IMG/VR virus record: IMGVR_UViG_3300042464_000422
DNA from: a virus
Strand: one strand, 5' to 3'
DNA length: 64,000 nucleotides
This document shows, in pieces, positions 27,972 to 37,596 of the stretch (the first letter of the stretch is position 1; every line of letters begins with the position of its first letter). The notes beneath the pieces are model-generated. The model ran no database searches. It had not been told where the DNA came from and saw only the letters and a list, made by a program, of their open reading frames with translations. Both the position numbers and the translations under genes were made by a program.

Positions 27972-28415
27972 ATGGAAAAACAAAAATATAGAATTTATTT
28001 GGATGATGTAAGAACACCGGTTAGTCCTAACAATGCATTGGTGGATGGTATTCCTGAGTGGACTGTGGTTCGTTCTTACGACGAGTTCGTACAAAAGATA
28101 AACTCAATTGGTTTGGAGAACATTGAGTTAATCTCATTAGATCACGACTTGGGTGACAGTGCTATGTCAGAATGGTTATATGGTGTTACTAAAAACTATT
28201 CAATTAACTACGATAACATTACCGAAAAAACCGGTATGGATTGTACTAAATGGTTAGTGAATCAATGGTTAGATGGTAAACCTGTTGTTGAAGTTGTAGT
28301 TCATTCCGCAAACGCTGTTGGTAGTGCAAATATGATGGGTTACATTAACAATTACCGACACCTCAATCGTTTACCACAAAATTGTGTGAGAGTACAAATA
28401 GAACATACAGTATAA
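27972..28415 (+). CDS. hypothetical protein
   Basis: 147-aa ORF. Confidence 0.5.
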   Translation: MEKQKYRIYLDDVRTPVSPNNALVDGIPEWTVVRSYDEFVQKINSIGLENIELISLDHDLGDSAMSEWLYGVTKNYSINYDNITEKTGMDCTKWLVNQWLDGKPVVEVVVHSANAVGSANMMGYINNYRHLNRLPQNCVRVQIEHTV

Positions 28416-28425
28416 AAATAAAGTT

Positions 28426-28686
28426 ATGGAATTAGAAAAATTTGAACAAGCAAAAAAAGTAAAAGAAAACCTTGATAGGTTGGAAAGACAGAAGTATAAA
28501 TTGGAATCTGCGCTTAAATCTTGTGGTTTGAGTGTCACGATTGGATTTACACACTCTGGAGGATTCAACAGAAAAGGTGAGGTCAGTTTCTATAACAAAG
28601 AGATTATTAAAGAAATGATCTCTAAAGAACTTGATAGAGTGAATGAAGAAATTGATTTAGTAAAAAAAGAATTTGAAAACGTATAA
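28426..28686 (+). CDS. small coiled-coil protein
   Basis: 86-aa E/K-rich heptad pattern. Confidence 0.45.
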   Translation: MELEKFEQAKKVKENLDRLERQKYKLESALKSCGLSVTIGFTHSGGFNRKGEVSFYNKEIIKEMISKELDRVNEEIDLVKKEFENV

Positions 28687-28689
28687 AAA

Positions 28690-29823
28690 ATGGAAAATTT
28701 AAATAGTGTATGTTATGTTGGTGTGATCGGAGAGATATTACCAATAGATGGAGCGGATAACATTGAACTTGCATTGGTTGGTGGTTGGCAAGCCATTACT
28801 AAGAAAGGTGAATATAGTGTTGGTGATAAGGTTGTTGTTGCAACTACCGATGCGGTAATCCCTGTTGAATTATCTGATTTAATGGGCGTAACTAATTACC
28901 TAAGAAAAGGTCAAAGAGTTCGCACCGTTAAACTTCGTAAAGTTTACTCTGAGTGTTTGTTAATACCATTCAAATACTTGGCACCAAGGTCTTTGGAGAA
29001 CAATGTAAATGAAGGTCACGACATGATGGAACTGTTAGGTATCACTAAATATGAACCACCAGTTAAGATGGTTGAGATGAGTGTTGGTGGAAGAAAATTC
29101 AAATACCACCAAAACCCGAACTTCCACATTTACTACAAATTCCCAAATATGAAGAACGTACCTGATATGTTCAATGAGGAGGATGAAGTATGTATCACTC
29201 GTAAGTTACACGGAACCAATGCTCGTTACGGTATTGTGAGAAAGAAAAAACTTTCAATCCTTGATAAGATTAAAGGGTGGTTTGGTAATCAATGGGTTGG
29301 TTACGAATACGTTTATGGATCCCACAACGTTGAGAAGGGATCTGACTCTCAAGGTTTTTATGCAACTGATGTGTGGAAAACAGTTGCGGAAAAATATGAT
29401 ATCCGTAAAAAACTTTGGGATCACGTTAAAGATACTTTTGATCCTAATGATGTTGGTTCAGGATTTATCATCTATGGTGAAATCTATGGACACGGAATAC
29501 AAAAGAATTACGACTATGGTTTAACTGAAATCCGTTTTGCGGGATTTGACGTTGAGGTTGATGGATCTTATGTTGATAACATTTACCAATCAACTCATTT
29601 TAAATGTTTAGGTTTAGAAGAAGTTGAAACTTTATATTCAGGTCTTTGGTCAAAAGAAGAACAAGATAAATATGTGTTTAATAACAACATTCAAGGAACT
29701 AAAGTTCCTCACGAAGGTATTGTTGTAAAATGTTTATCTGGTAATCGTCATAAGATTGGAAAAGTAATCAACCCTGATTATTTAATTTACGGTGAAAAAA
29801 ATAACGTAGGTGACTCCCATTAA
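28690..29823 (+). CDS. ATP-dependent RNA ligase (Rnl2-like nucleotidyltransferase) with an N-terminal OB/tRNA-binding-like domain
   Basis: Motif I RKLHGTNARYG (KxHGxN), motif III FIIYGEIYG, motif V PHEGIVVK. The N-terminus (ILPIDGADNIELALVGGWQAI) resembles Trbp111-type OB folds. Confidence 0.7.
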   Translation: MENLNSVCYVGVIGEILPIDGADNIELALVGGWQAITKKGEYSVGDKVVVATTDAVIPVELSDLMGVTNYLRKGQRVRTVKLRKVYSECLLIPFKYLAPRSLENNVNEGHDMMELLGITKYEPPVKMVEMSVGGRKFKYHQNPNFHIYYKFPNMKNVPDMFNEEDEVCITRKLHGTNARYGIVRKKKLSILDKIKGWFGNQWVGYEYVYGSHNVEKGSDSQGFYATDVWKTVAEKYDIRKKLWDHVKDTFDPNDVGSGFIIYGEIYGHGIQKNYDYGLTEIRFAGFDVEVDGSYVDNIYQSTHFKCLGLEEVETLYSGLWSKEEQDKYVFNNNIQGTKVPHEGIVVKCLSGNRHKIGKVINPDYLIYGEKNNVGDSH

Positions 29824-29846
29824 CTTGATGGGATCACTTTTTTTAT
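29810..29846 (+). terminator. hairpin (gtgactcccat / atgggatcac) followed by TTTTTTTATTT; the stop codon sits in the loop
   Basis: Imperfect 10-bp stem followed by a T-tract after the ligase gene. Confidence 0.55.
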
Positions 29847-29867
29847 TTATATTTAAAAAAATAACAA

Positions 29868-30140
29868 ATGAGTTGGGTTAGAATTGATGTGGATTTAGAT
29901 GAGGTTTATAATGAAATGAGCCGCAATGATAAAAGAGATATGGCCGAATGGTTACACGAAGATGGAATTTTGGAATCACATCCAAATCCTGAAATACGTA
30001 AAGTGGTTAGAGGTGACCGAGAATCTCCAGGGGAAAAAGAATTAAGAGATAATCTCCTTAGAATATGGAATTCTTATTATCAGTTAACACAAGAAGATGA
30101 AGAAATAATAAAAAAAATAACAAATAAATTACCTTTATAG
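29868..30140 (+). CDS. hypothetical protein
   Basis: 90-aa ORF. Confidence 0.45.
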   Translation: MSWVRIDVDLDEVYNEMSRNDKRDMAEWLHEDGILESHPNPEIRKVVRGDRESPGEKELRDNLLRIWNSYYQLTQEDEEIIKKITNKLPL

Positions 30141-30141
30141 T

Positions 30142-31242
30142 ATGGGAATAAAACATTTAATTCAGGAAAATCCTAATATGGATATAAATTTGGTTCGTTT
30201 AATATCTAAACTTGATCCAAGCAAAACAAATAAACTAACACCATTTATGGTAAAAGTTTTTAAAAAAAGAATGGTTGATTTTGAAAAAGAAATCACTCAA
30301 GAGGAAGGTATTTATGGATTAAGATATGAATATGTTAATAGTAAGATGAGTGATGCAAGTGGTTTTGAAAAATTAATATTAACTTGGGTTATAGATCAAT
30401 TTAGAGCGGAAAATATTGAAATCTTAAGAGAATTTAATGAGGTTTTGGATAAAGGTTTAGTGGATCAAAATGACATATCTAAATACGAAAATTTTGAAGA
30501 GATTACAAATCAATTGTCGGTTGCTAGAACAAAAGATTTATTGAAGAAATCTAGAAAAGAAATCTCTGTTGTCTATGAAGATGATGAAATTATGATGCTT
30601 AAACCATTATCTTTTGAGGCATCTTTGAAATATGGTGCTGGAACAAAATGGTGTACAGCAATGAAAAATGAACCTGAATATTTTTATAGATACTCTAAAA
30701 ATGGTATTTTAATCTATCTTATTAATAAAGAAACCGGTAGAAAATTTGGGTGTCATTCGGAAAGATATAATGATAATAGAGTTCAAATCTTTAATGAGAT
30801 TGATCAGGTTATTGATTCTTTCCATATGGGTTTACCATATGAAAAATTAACTATCTTAATGGATTTAATGGATTCAGAAAAATATGGTGTTAATTCAGAG
30901 TTATTTAGTGAAGAGGAAAAAAGTAAGTATGGGTTAAGAGTGAATAAATATTCGGTAGATGAGGTGATGGATATGCCAACTGAAGAAATGCCAGTGAATG
31001 AAGAATTACCAAGATTGATGCCAAGATTGAACAGACGAATCCCAATTACGGATCAAGAAATGAGAATAATGGAAGACCCAATGGTAGAAGAGCAAGGACC
31101 GATAGAAATTGAATACAATATGGCTGTACCTGATAGAATGTTAATGAGAGAGATTCAAAAAGAAATTGATTCCATTATGGTTCTTGATCGTGCGGGAGCT
31201 TTCGCTCATCTTGAAAATGAAGAGGGTGACACATTACCATGA
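30142..31242 (+). CDS. member C of the 'KWC-core' paralog family
   Basis: Core LSFEASLKYGAGTKWCTAMKNEPEYFYRYSKNGILIYLINKETGRKFG. Confidence 0.6.
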   Translation: MGIKHLIQENPNMDINLVRLISKLDPSKTNKLTPFMVKVFKKRMVDFEKEITQEEGIYGLRYEYVNSKMSDASGFEKLILTWVIDQFRAENIEILREFNEVLDKGLVDQNDISKYENFEEITNQLSVARTKDLLKKSRKEISVVYEDDEIMMLKPLSFEASLKYGAGTKWCTAMKNEPEYFYRYSKNGILIYLINKETGRKFGCHSERYNDNRVQIFNEIDQVIDSFHMGLPYEKLTILMDLMDSEKYGVNSELFSEEEKSKYGLRVNKYSVDEVMDMPTEEMPVNEELPRLMPRLNRRIPITDQEMRIMEDPMVEEQGPIEIEYNMAVPDRMLMREIQKEIDSIMVLDRAGAFAHLENEEGDTLP

Positions 31243-31285
31243 TTAGATTACGAAGATAAACAAGGATAAAAATAAATAAAATAAT

Positions 31286-31489
31286 ATGCAAACACTAACA
31301 TTTAACACAACAAAAAGAGAAGTTAAAGTAGTTAACTCTCAAGGGGATACGATTTATAGTCAAGATAACGTCCCAACGGTAAAAGTAATGGAACAACACT
31401 ATGAAGTTTATGTTGAGGATTTTGAAGGAAAAAAAATCCCAACATTTAGAGCCCCAATTGCTAACACAAATATGTTTATTCAAAAATAG
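31286..31489 (+). CDS. small hypothetical protein
   Basis: 67-aa ORF. Confidence 0.4.
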   Translation: MQTLTFNTTKREVKVVNSQGDTIYSQDNVPTVKVMEQHYEVYVEDFEGKKIPTFRAPIANTNMFIQK

Positions 31490-31495
31490 TAAGTC

Positions 31496-31786
31496 ATGGA
31501 TGAACCTCAAGAACGTATTAACAAAATGTATTTGAGAATAAATGGTGAAATAACAGATCGTGAAATGCCACCACCTCCACCTAAAAAAGGTAAAACTAAA
31601 ACTTTTACTCTTGATGAAAATCAAGTTAAAAAGTTGGAGGAGTGGCAGAGCCACATAAAGGCAATCTATGGGAGTTATGGAAACTACGAATATACATTCT
31701 CAAGTAGTGGTATAGGACAAAATGTCGTAGTATACAGCGAATTAGCTGACACAGAATTAGATTTGACAGACGTTGATAGTTGGTAA
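31496..31786 (+). CDS. hypothetical protein
   Basis: 96-aa ORF. Confidence 0.45.
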   Translation: MDEPQERINKMYLRINGEITDREMPPPPPKKGKTKTFTLDENQVKKLEEWQSHIKAIYGSYGNYEYTFSSSGIGQNVVVYSELADTELDLTDVDSW

Positions 31787-31787
31787 A

Positions 31788-31810
31788 CTGACAAAATGTC
31801 AGTATTTTAC
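31788..31810 (+). terminator. weak hairpin (CTGACA-AAA-TGTCAG) followed by TATTTTA
   Basis: 6-bp stem and short U-run upstream of dnaK. Confidence 0.3.
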
Positions 31811-31886
31811 GAATGGAACATTTTTTGGGAAACTTGGTACGACTGAAAAGTAATAATAAATAAAAAATAAAAACTAAAAATTAAAA

Positions 31887-33743
31887 ATGGGAAAAATAAT
31901 TGGAATTGACTTGGGAACAACTAACTCGTGTGTTGCCGTGATGGAAGGAAAGGAACCTGTAGTTATTACAAATAACGAAGGTAAACGAACAACGCCATCT
32001 GTAATCGGATTCATTAAAGATGGTGAAAGAAAGATTGGGGATCCGGCTAAACGACAAGCGGTAACCAATCCTGAAAAAACCGTACATTCAATTAAACGAT
32101 TTATGGGAACAAGTTTTACTGAATCTAAAAATGAGGTAAAGAAAGTTCCTTATAAAGTTGTAAAAGGAGATGGTGGATCACCAAGAGTGGATATTGATAA
32201 ACGACAGTATTCTCCGCAGGAACTTTCCGCAATGGTTTTACAAAAAATGAAACAAACTGCTGAGGATTATTTGGGTGAGACGGTTACTGAGGCGGTTATT
32301 ACGGTACCAGCGTATTTTAATGATGCTCAACGACAGGCAACCAAAGAAGCGGGTGAGATTGCGGGTTTGGAAGTAAAACGTATCATTAATGAGCCAACAG
32401 CGGCGGCATTAGCATATGGTTTAGATAAAATGTCTAAAGATATGGTAGTGGTTGTGTTTGACTGTGGTGGTGGTACACACGATGTTTCTATTCTTGAATT
32501 AGGTGATGGTGTATTTGAAGTATTGTCTACTGATGGTGATACTCACTTAGGTGGTGATGACTTTGATCAGGTTATTATTGAATGGTTAGCAAATGAATTC
32601 AAAGATGAGAATGGAATTGATGTGACCAAGGATCCGATGGCGTTACAACGTTTACGAGAAGCGGCAGAAAAGGCAAAAGTTGAATTATCTTCAACCTCAT
32701 CAACGGAAATTAATTTACCGTATTTGATGCCGGTAGATGGGATGCCAAAACACTTGGTTAGAACTTTATCAAAATCTAAATTTGAACAACTGGCAGATTC
32801 ATTAATCAAACGAACTATTGAACCTTGTAAGACAGCGTTGAAAAATGCTAAGATGGATGTGTCTGATGTTGATGAAATTATCTTGGTTGGAGGTACAACA
32901 AGAATTCCGGCAATTCAAGAAGCGGTTAAACAATTCTTTGGTAAGGAACCATCTAAAGGTGTTAATCCTGATGAGGTAGTTGCTTTAGGTGCGGCGATCC
33001 AAGGTGGTGTACTTGCTGGTGATGTTAAAGATGTCTTATTATTAGATGTGACTCCATTATCTTTAGGTATTGAAACTATGGGTGGAGTTATGACTAAATT
33101 GATTGATGCTAACACCACGATCCCAACTAAAAAATCTCAGGTGTTCTCAACGGCAGTAGATAATCAACCAACAGTTGAGATCCACGTACTTCAGGGAGAA
33201 CGAGCAATGGCAAAAGATAATAAAACCATTGGTAAGTTCAATTTAGATGGTGTTCCACCAGCGATGAGAGGTGTTCCACAAATTGAGGTTACGTTTGATA
33301 TTGATGCGAATGGTATTATCAATGTTTCTGCAATGGATAAAGGTACAAACAAACAACAAACAATTCGTATCGAAGCGTCCTCAGGTTTATCAAAAGAAGA
33401 GATTGAGAAAATGAAACAAGAAGCTGAGTTAAATGCCGAACAGGATAAAAAACTCAGAGAAGATGCTGAAGTTCTAAACACGGCTGATGGTACAATCTTC
33501 CAAACTGAGAAGTCAATCAAAGATTTGGAAGATAAATTAACTGAAGAACAAAAGAGTGAACTTGATGGATTACTTGGAACGTTAAAAGAATCTTACGCAA
33601 AAAAAGACATTGAGAAGATTAATCAAGATATTGAAAATCTTAATAGTCAGTTCCACCATATTAGTCAATCATTGTACGAACAAACTACAACTGAAGAAGG
33701 TAATGATGCTCCGTCTGACGTTGAATTTGAAGAAGTACTTTAA
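31887..33743 (+). CDS. dnaK: molecular chaperone DnaK (Hsp70)
   Basis: Collinear Hsp70 signatures: [36 protein letters not shown], the substrate-binding domain and a C-terminal lid. Confidence 0.95.
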   Translation: MGKIIGIDLGTTNSCVAVMEGKEPVVITNNEGKRTTPSVIGFIKDGERKIGDPAKRQAVTNPEKTVHSIKRFMGTSFTESKNEVKKVPYKVVKGDGGSPRVDIDKRQYSPQELSAMVLQKMKQTAEDYLGETVTEAVITVPAYFNDAQRQATKEAGEIAGLEVKRIINEPTAAALAYGLDKMSKDMVVVVFDCGGGTHDVSILELGDGVFEVLSTDGDTHLGGDDFDQVIIEWLANEFKDENGIDVTKDPMALQRLREAAEKAKVELSSTSSTEINLPYLMPVDGMPKHLVRTLSKSKFEQLADSLIKRTIEPCKTALKNAKMDVSDVDEIILVGGTTRIPAIQEAVKQFFGKEPSKGVNPDEVVALGAAIQGGVLAGDVKDVLLLDVTPLSLGIETMGGVMTKLIDANTTIPTKKSQVFSTAVDNQPTVEIHVLQGERAMAKDNKTIGKFNLDGVPPAMRGVPQIEVTFDIDANGIINVSAMDKGTNKQQTIRIEASSGLSKEEIEKMKQEAELNAEQDKKLREDAEVLNTADGTIFQTEKSIKDLEDKLTEEQKSELDGLLGTLKESYAKKDIEKINQDIENLNSQFHHISQSLYEQTTTEEGNDAPSDVEFEEVL

Positions 33744-33832
33744 AAAAGTTATCGGGGCCTCAAAAATAAATTGGGGTCCCGCTTGACTTAACGGTATTTA
33801 TAACTTATACTTTCATACAAAAAATATTTATT

Positions 33833-34267
33833 ATGACAATTAAGCAAGCTCTGAAACAAAAAAATAAACTGATCAAACAGATTGGTGAGAACACAAAGTT
33901 GATGCAAGAATACAACTCAATAGAGGTTGGAAATGAAAGACCATATAGTTCAATTATACTATTGGCTAAAATCTCTGAAGACACAAAAGAGTTGGCTAAT
34001 TTGAAATCAAAAATCCATATTGCCAACACACCGGTATTGGAAGACATCTTTTTGATGTCAGAGTTGAAATCCATTGCTCAATCACTTAAAAAAATGGATT
34101 GTACCGAAGGTAAATCAAATCGTGATCGTTACCGATTAGAAAGTGAGAGTGTTAAAACCTCAGAAATCTCTTTGGTTAGACGAAATGAAACAATTAAAGA
34201 GTTGGAAACTCGTATTGAAGAAATCCAAGATCGTTTGGATGTATTCAACGCAACCACTCAAATCTAA
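33833..34267 (+). CDS. hypothetical protein (coiled-coil)
   Basis: 144-aa ORF; not recognisably GrpE. Confidence 0.5.
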   Translation: MTIKQALKQKNKLIKQIGENTKLMQEYNSIEVGNERPYSSIILLAKISEDTKELANLKSKIHIANTPVLEDIFLMSELKSIAQSLKKMDCTEGKSNRDRYRLESESVKTSEISLVRRNETIKELETRIEEIQDRLDVFNATTQI

Positions 34268-34444
34268 TATAGTTTGTGGATAGGGTCAAAATGATATGTG
34301 TTCTATACATGGAGGCTGCATAGTCGGATAATTGATAGTGATAACGTAATGGTCCCAAACTCATTATTCAAATACTCAAAAGTCATTTGATTAAAATTTA
34401 AAACTCTTGTCTACATAATTTTAATTCTTGAAACAAACTATACG

Positions 34445-34474
34445 AAACCCTCACAGAAATGTGGGGGTTTTTTT
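34445..34474 (+). terminator. rho-independent terminator with a GNRA loop (aaaccctcaca-GAAA-tgtgggggttt followed by T7)
   Basis: 8-11-bp stem, a GAAA tetraloop and a T-tract, about 180 nt downstream of the nearest stop. Confidence 0.75.
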
Positions 34475-34508
34475 GACTATATGATTTTTATTTATTATTA
34501 TTACATAA

Positions 34509-34790
34509 ATGAACTCAAACAAGAAAATATTAATTAAAAAGTTTCTTTCCTTACACTATAGTAATTTAGAGTATAGTCCTAAACGAATGCTGTATTATAA
34601 GGAAGGTAAAGTTTATTTTGAGTATCAACCAAAAGACGAAATAATATTTTTGAATTTTAAGTTAATGGTTGAACCAATGATAAGAACACTTAGAATTGAT
34701 GATAAAGATCCTGTCATACTAACAGAAGTTTATAAAGTGATGGAAGAATGGTTTGAGGAGAAGTTTAATATAATAGGTGCAATAACATAA
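34509..34790 (+). CDS. hypothetical protein
   Basis: 93-aa ORF. Confidence 0.45.
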   Translation: MNSNKKILIKKFLSLHYSNLEYSPKRMLYYKEGKVYFEYQPKDEIIFLNFKLMVEPMIRTLRIDDKDPVILTEVYKVMEEWFEEKFNIIGAIT

Positions 34791-34793
34791 AGT

Positions 34794-35378
34794 ATGAAAG
34801 TATTATTTTTAGATCATGATGGTGTAATTTGTCTCTCCAATAATTGGGGTGGACGAACAAAGAAATGGGCGAAATATCGTTCTGAAAATCCTGAATCCTC
34901 CTCAAATCTAAAAGAGGGTCCGGTGTCTGTACGATTTGATGACTTTGATCAAAAGGCAATTAAGATCCTTAATGAGATTGTTGAAGAGACAGGATGTGAA
35001 ATTGTGGTAAGTTCAGATTGGAAGCTACACGCAACTCTTGAAGAACTTGGTGAATATTATGAATTACATGGGATAAGTAAAAAACCAATTGCGTTAACAC
35101 CAAATATACAAGATTGTAAAGTTCATGGTAATTTATTTATATGGTCACCAAGATGGGATTTAGAACAAACACGAACTATTGAAATCAGACAATATCTTCA
35201 GGATCATCCTGAGGTTACACATTGGGTTTCTGTTGATGATTTAAATATGGGTAAAATTGGTGAGGATTGGAAAGATGTATGGGCGATAGATAATTTTGTT
35301 TTAACGCCAAGATCAAATGAGGGAATAAAACAGAGCGGAGTTAAAGAAAAAATATTAAAGTTTTTGAAAAATGACTAA
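34794..35378 (+). CDS. HAD-like hydrolase, possibly 5'(3')-deoxyribonucleotidase-type
   Basis: N-terminal VLFLDHDGVI (HAD motif I DxDG); weak overall resemblance to the NT5C family. Confidence 0.4.
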   Translation: MKVLFLDHDGVICLSNNWGGRTKKWAKYRSENPESSSNLKEGPVSVRFDDFDQKAIKILNEIVEETGCEIVVSSDWKLHATLEELGEYYELHGISKKPIALTPNIQDCKVHGNLFIWSPRWDLEQTRTIEIRQYLQDHPEVTHWVSVDDLNMGKIGEDWKDVWAIDNFVLTPRSNEGIKQSGVKEKILKFLKND

Positions 35379-35769
35379 AAATATAGAAGAAGAAATGAAT
35401 GAGTATCTTGAGTCCATTGGAGGACTTGAGAGTGGGTTTTTTACGGATAGACCACCAATTACTGATAGTGGTTTTTTTAGTGTTGGTTTGGGTTGGTACC
35501 CAATCATTAAAGATCTAATAGAAGATCTCATTAAACTTGGATGGAATAAACAATTGTGTCAGGTTAAAGAAAAATTTGGTGGATTACGGTTTTACATTAA
35601 TGAGGGATCGGATGAAATACATAAAAGAATCCGACTTGCTGAAGATCAAAGTTATGAAATCTGTGAGATCTGCGGTGAAAAAGGGGAGTTAAGAACAAAT
35701 ATAGGTTGGTATAGTACATTATGTGAAAATCATTACAATGAAAAATATAAATCAAATATTCAAAAATAA
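35371..35769 (+). CDS. hypothetical protein with a Cys/His cluster (CEICGEKG...LCENH)
   Basis: 132-aa ORF with an 8-nt overlap. Confidence 0.5.
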   Translation: MTKNIEEEMNEYLESIGGLESGFFTDRPPITDSGFFSVGLGWYPIIKDLIEDLIKLGWNKQLCQVKEKFGGLRFYINEGSDEIHKRIRLAEDQSYEICEICGEKGELRTNIGWYSTLCENHYNEKYKSNIQK

Positions 35770-36049
35770 TAGACACCTGATGGATGAACCTGAAGTTATG
35801 GAGTTAATAGAGTATTGTAGAGAATTAGAAGGAGACGTTATGGAAGTGGAGATCAATAGACAATACGATAAAGAAGAAATCCTACATAACGTGGTTAAAG
35901 AAATCTATAGTAGTTGTCGGCAACTAATCAAAGATGAGGAAGATTCTGTTAGATTTGGTGAAACTCCGAGAGTTGATTTTGAAAAATCTATCACTAACCT
36001 TAAAGAGTATATTGAGGATATAAATAGAACATACAAGTTTGGGTTATGA
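35723..36049 (+). CDS. hypothetical protein
   Basis: 108-aa ORF. Confidence 0.45.
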   Translation: MKIITMKNINQIFKNNRHLMDEPEVMELIEYCRELEGDVMEVEINRQYDKEEILHNVVKEIYSSCRQLIKDEEDSVRFGETPRVDFEKSITNLKEYIEDINRTYKFGL

Positions 36050-36363
36050 AAAAGATAAGATTAAGTGAAAATTGTTTTGGTCCTGATGTTGAAATTGATG
36101 ATGAGTCATTATTTATACATGAGTATGATAATAGAAATCCTGAGATGATTAGTGATTTACAAGATCAATTAATTGATAAATTAAAATCATTAAAAAACAA
36201 TTTGGGAATGAGTGATTGGACTGAAATTACAATGATGGTTATTAATAGTGGTGATGAGTTTGAATATGATGTGGATAACTCAAAAGAATACGAACCTTGC
36301 GATCAGTGTGGTAATTGGAACCATAATCACATATATATAAAAAAAGATAAAAATGATGAATAA
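36046..36363 (+). CDS. hypothetical protein
   Basis: 105-aa ORF with an ATGA overlap. Confidence 0.45.
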   Translation: MKKIRLSENCFGPDVEIDDESLFIHEYDNRNPEMISDLQDQLIDKLKSLKNNLGMSDWTEITMMVINSGDEFEYDVDNSKEYEPCDQCGNWNHNHIYIKKDKNDE

Positions 36364-36655
36364 GATTATTATAATGGAAAAGGAACCGTACTTGGTTTCA
36401 GATGAAGAGATCCAATTAGGAGATGTTGCAATTGTAACGGTGGGCAATCAATACCCTTCAAGAGTTGTTTGTGAAAACGAAACGGTACTATCCTTAATAA
36501 AAGATCCAAAATTAACTCTAACTAAGAGTTATAAGTTGGTTGGTGAACCTGATAAAGTAAAATTACCTGAAGCCAGAATCAATACCATAATTGAGAATGG
36601 TGGTATATGTGATGTTATAATTGATGGTGCGGAACTTAAATTTACTACGGTATGA
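36353..36655 (+). CDS. hypothetical protein
   Basis: 100-aa ORF. Confidence 0.45.
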   Translation: MMNKIIIMEKEPYLVSDEEIQLGDVAIVTVGNQYPSRVVCENETVLSLIKDPKLTLTKSYKLVGEPDKVKLPEARINTIIENGGICDVIIDGAELKFTTV

Positions 36656-36751
36656 TGTTAATAGAAGGTATATTACATTTGGTTGGGATTGGTTTTTTAC
36701 TTATTGTTATGCCAATATGTTGGATTATAAAAAACTATAAAAATAAAAAAT

Positions 36752-37306
36752 ATGGTCATAGAAATTAATAATTTTTTATCGTACGAAGAATGTGATAATT
36801 TAATAAGTTTAGCCTCAGATATTTTTGATGAAGTTGGAGTTCTTGGTGAGAGTATTGAAGGGTATAGAGTTGCAAAAGGGGCTTGGTTAGATGAAGAACA
36901 TGGGGATGTTGTTATAAAATATAGAGACCTTATTTCTGAGACGACCAAACTACCAAAAATTAATATGGAAAGTATTCATGTTGTTAAATATAGTGTTGGT
37001 GAAGAATATAAAGATCATCATGATTTTTTTCATCCTGGTGAAGAATACTATGAGGATGAGGTAAATAGAGGTGGACAAAGATTAAAAACGGCTTTGGTTT
37101 ACTTAAATGATGATTTTGAAGGTGGAGAAACAAATTTCCCAAATTTAAATATTAAAGTTGATCCTAAAAAAGGTAAACTTGTATTGTGGGACAACATTAA
37201 AGATGATGGTTCTTTAGATTACGATAGCCTTCATGCTGGATTACCCGTAAAAAGTGGTTACAAGTATATTGCGGTAATTTGGATTAGAGAGAATGAATTT
37301 TATTAA
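36752..37306 (+). CDS. 2OG-Fe(II) oxygenase (prolyl-4-hydroxylase-like)
   Basis: HHDFFHPG (HxD) ... LHAGLPV (distal His) ... KYIAVIWI fits a P4H-type double-stranded beta-helix. Confidence 0.6.
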   Translation: MVIEINNFLSYEECDNLISLASDIFDEVGVLGESIEGYRVAKGAWLDEEHGDVVIKYRDLISETTKLPKINMESIHVVKYSVGEEYKDHHDFFHPGEEYYEDEVNRGGQRLKTALVYLNDDFEGGETNFPNLNIKVDPKKGKLVLWDNIKDDGSLDYDSLHAGLPVKSGYKYIAVIWIRENEFY

Positions 37307-37334
37307 AAATTTGTTTTATTTAAAAAATAATTAC

Positions 37335-37342
37335 TATATTTG
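37335..37342 (+). promoter_or_regulatory. -7 element TATATTTG with a -33 TTG (37312-37314)
   Basis: 17 nt upstream of the ATG at 37360. Confidence 0.5.
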
Positions 37343-37359
37343 TCTAATAATATAATTTT

Positions 37360-37596
37360 ATGGACCCAATCAAAGCAAATTTATTAAGTCAAACTTTGGA
37401 AATGACATACACCCAAGAGGCGGATTGTTGTACAACTGAGGAACAATATTTAACGATCAAAACAGATAATGGTGGTGGTGGTGATTTTTATGTCATTGAG
37501 ACAAAAAGATGGGCATTTGATACTGTTGAAGAGATCATTGAATTATTAAATCAATTTAAAGAAAAACACCTTAAAATAAAAGAAGAAAATCTATGA
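37360..37596 (+). CDS. hypothetical protein
   Basis: 78-aa ORF. Confidence 0.45.
   Translation: MDPIKANLLSQTLEMTYTQEADCCTTEEQYLTIKTDNGGGGDFYVIETKRWAFDTVEEIIELLNQFKEKHLKIKEENL

Noticed and set aside
31295-31654. Minus-strand ORFs embedded antisense to plus-strand genes (for example 1663..1896, 2953..3165, 3489..3923, 5176..5499, 9896..10147, 10635..10919, 11023..11220, 14103..14327, 15132..15344, 15883..16164, 18790..19056, 21330..21518, 25021..25251, 27133..27357, 27697..27903, 28371..28568, 31295..31654, 32567..33520, 33805..34074, 34765..34959, 36697..36948, 39970..40290, 41588..41773, 44752..44940, 46366..46596, 49991..51802, 52498..52707, 56612..56800, 63159..63362)
   Set aside because: They lie wholly antisense within longer plus-strand genes that have recognisable products or consistent coupling. 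Their translations are low-complexity (S/F/L/I-rich) as expected for antisense AT-rich sequence. No promoter or terminator context supports them.
31787-31886. CIRCE/HrcA heat-shock operator upstream of dnaK
   Set aside because: No TTAGCACTC-N9-GAGTGCTAA-like inverted repeat is present; only a weak 6-bp hairpin was found.
33833-34267. GrpE nucleotide-exchange factor downstream of dnaK
   Set aside because: The sequence lacks the GrpE C-terminal beta-domain motifs. It looks like a generic coiled-coil protein.
34268-34444. Possible tRNA in the long intergenic stretch
   Set aside because: No GTTC(R)A T-loop, no acceptor-stem complementarity and no anticodon-stem pattern was found. The region is kept only as an sRNA candidate.
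35371-35769. HNH homing endonuclease
   Set aside because: The Cys/His cluster lacks the HH...N...H core spacing of HNH. It is left as an uncharacterised zinc-binding protein.
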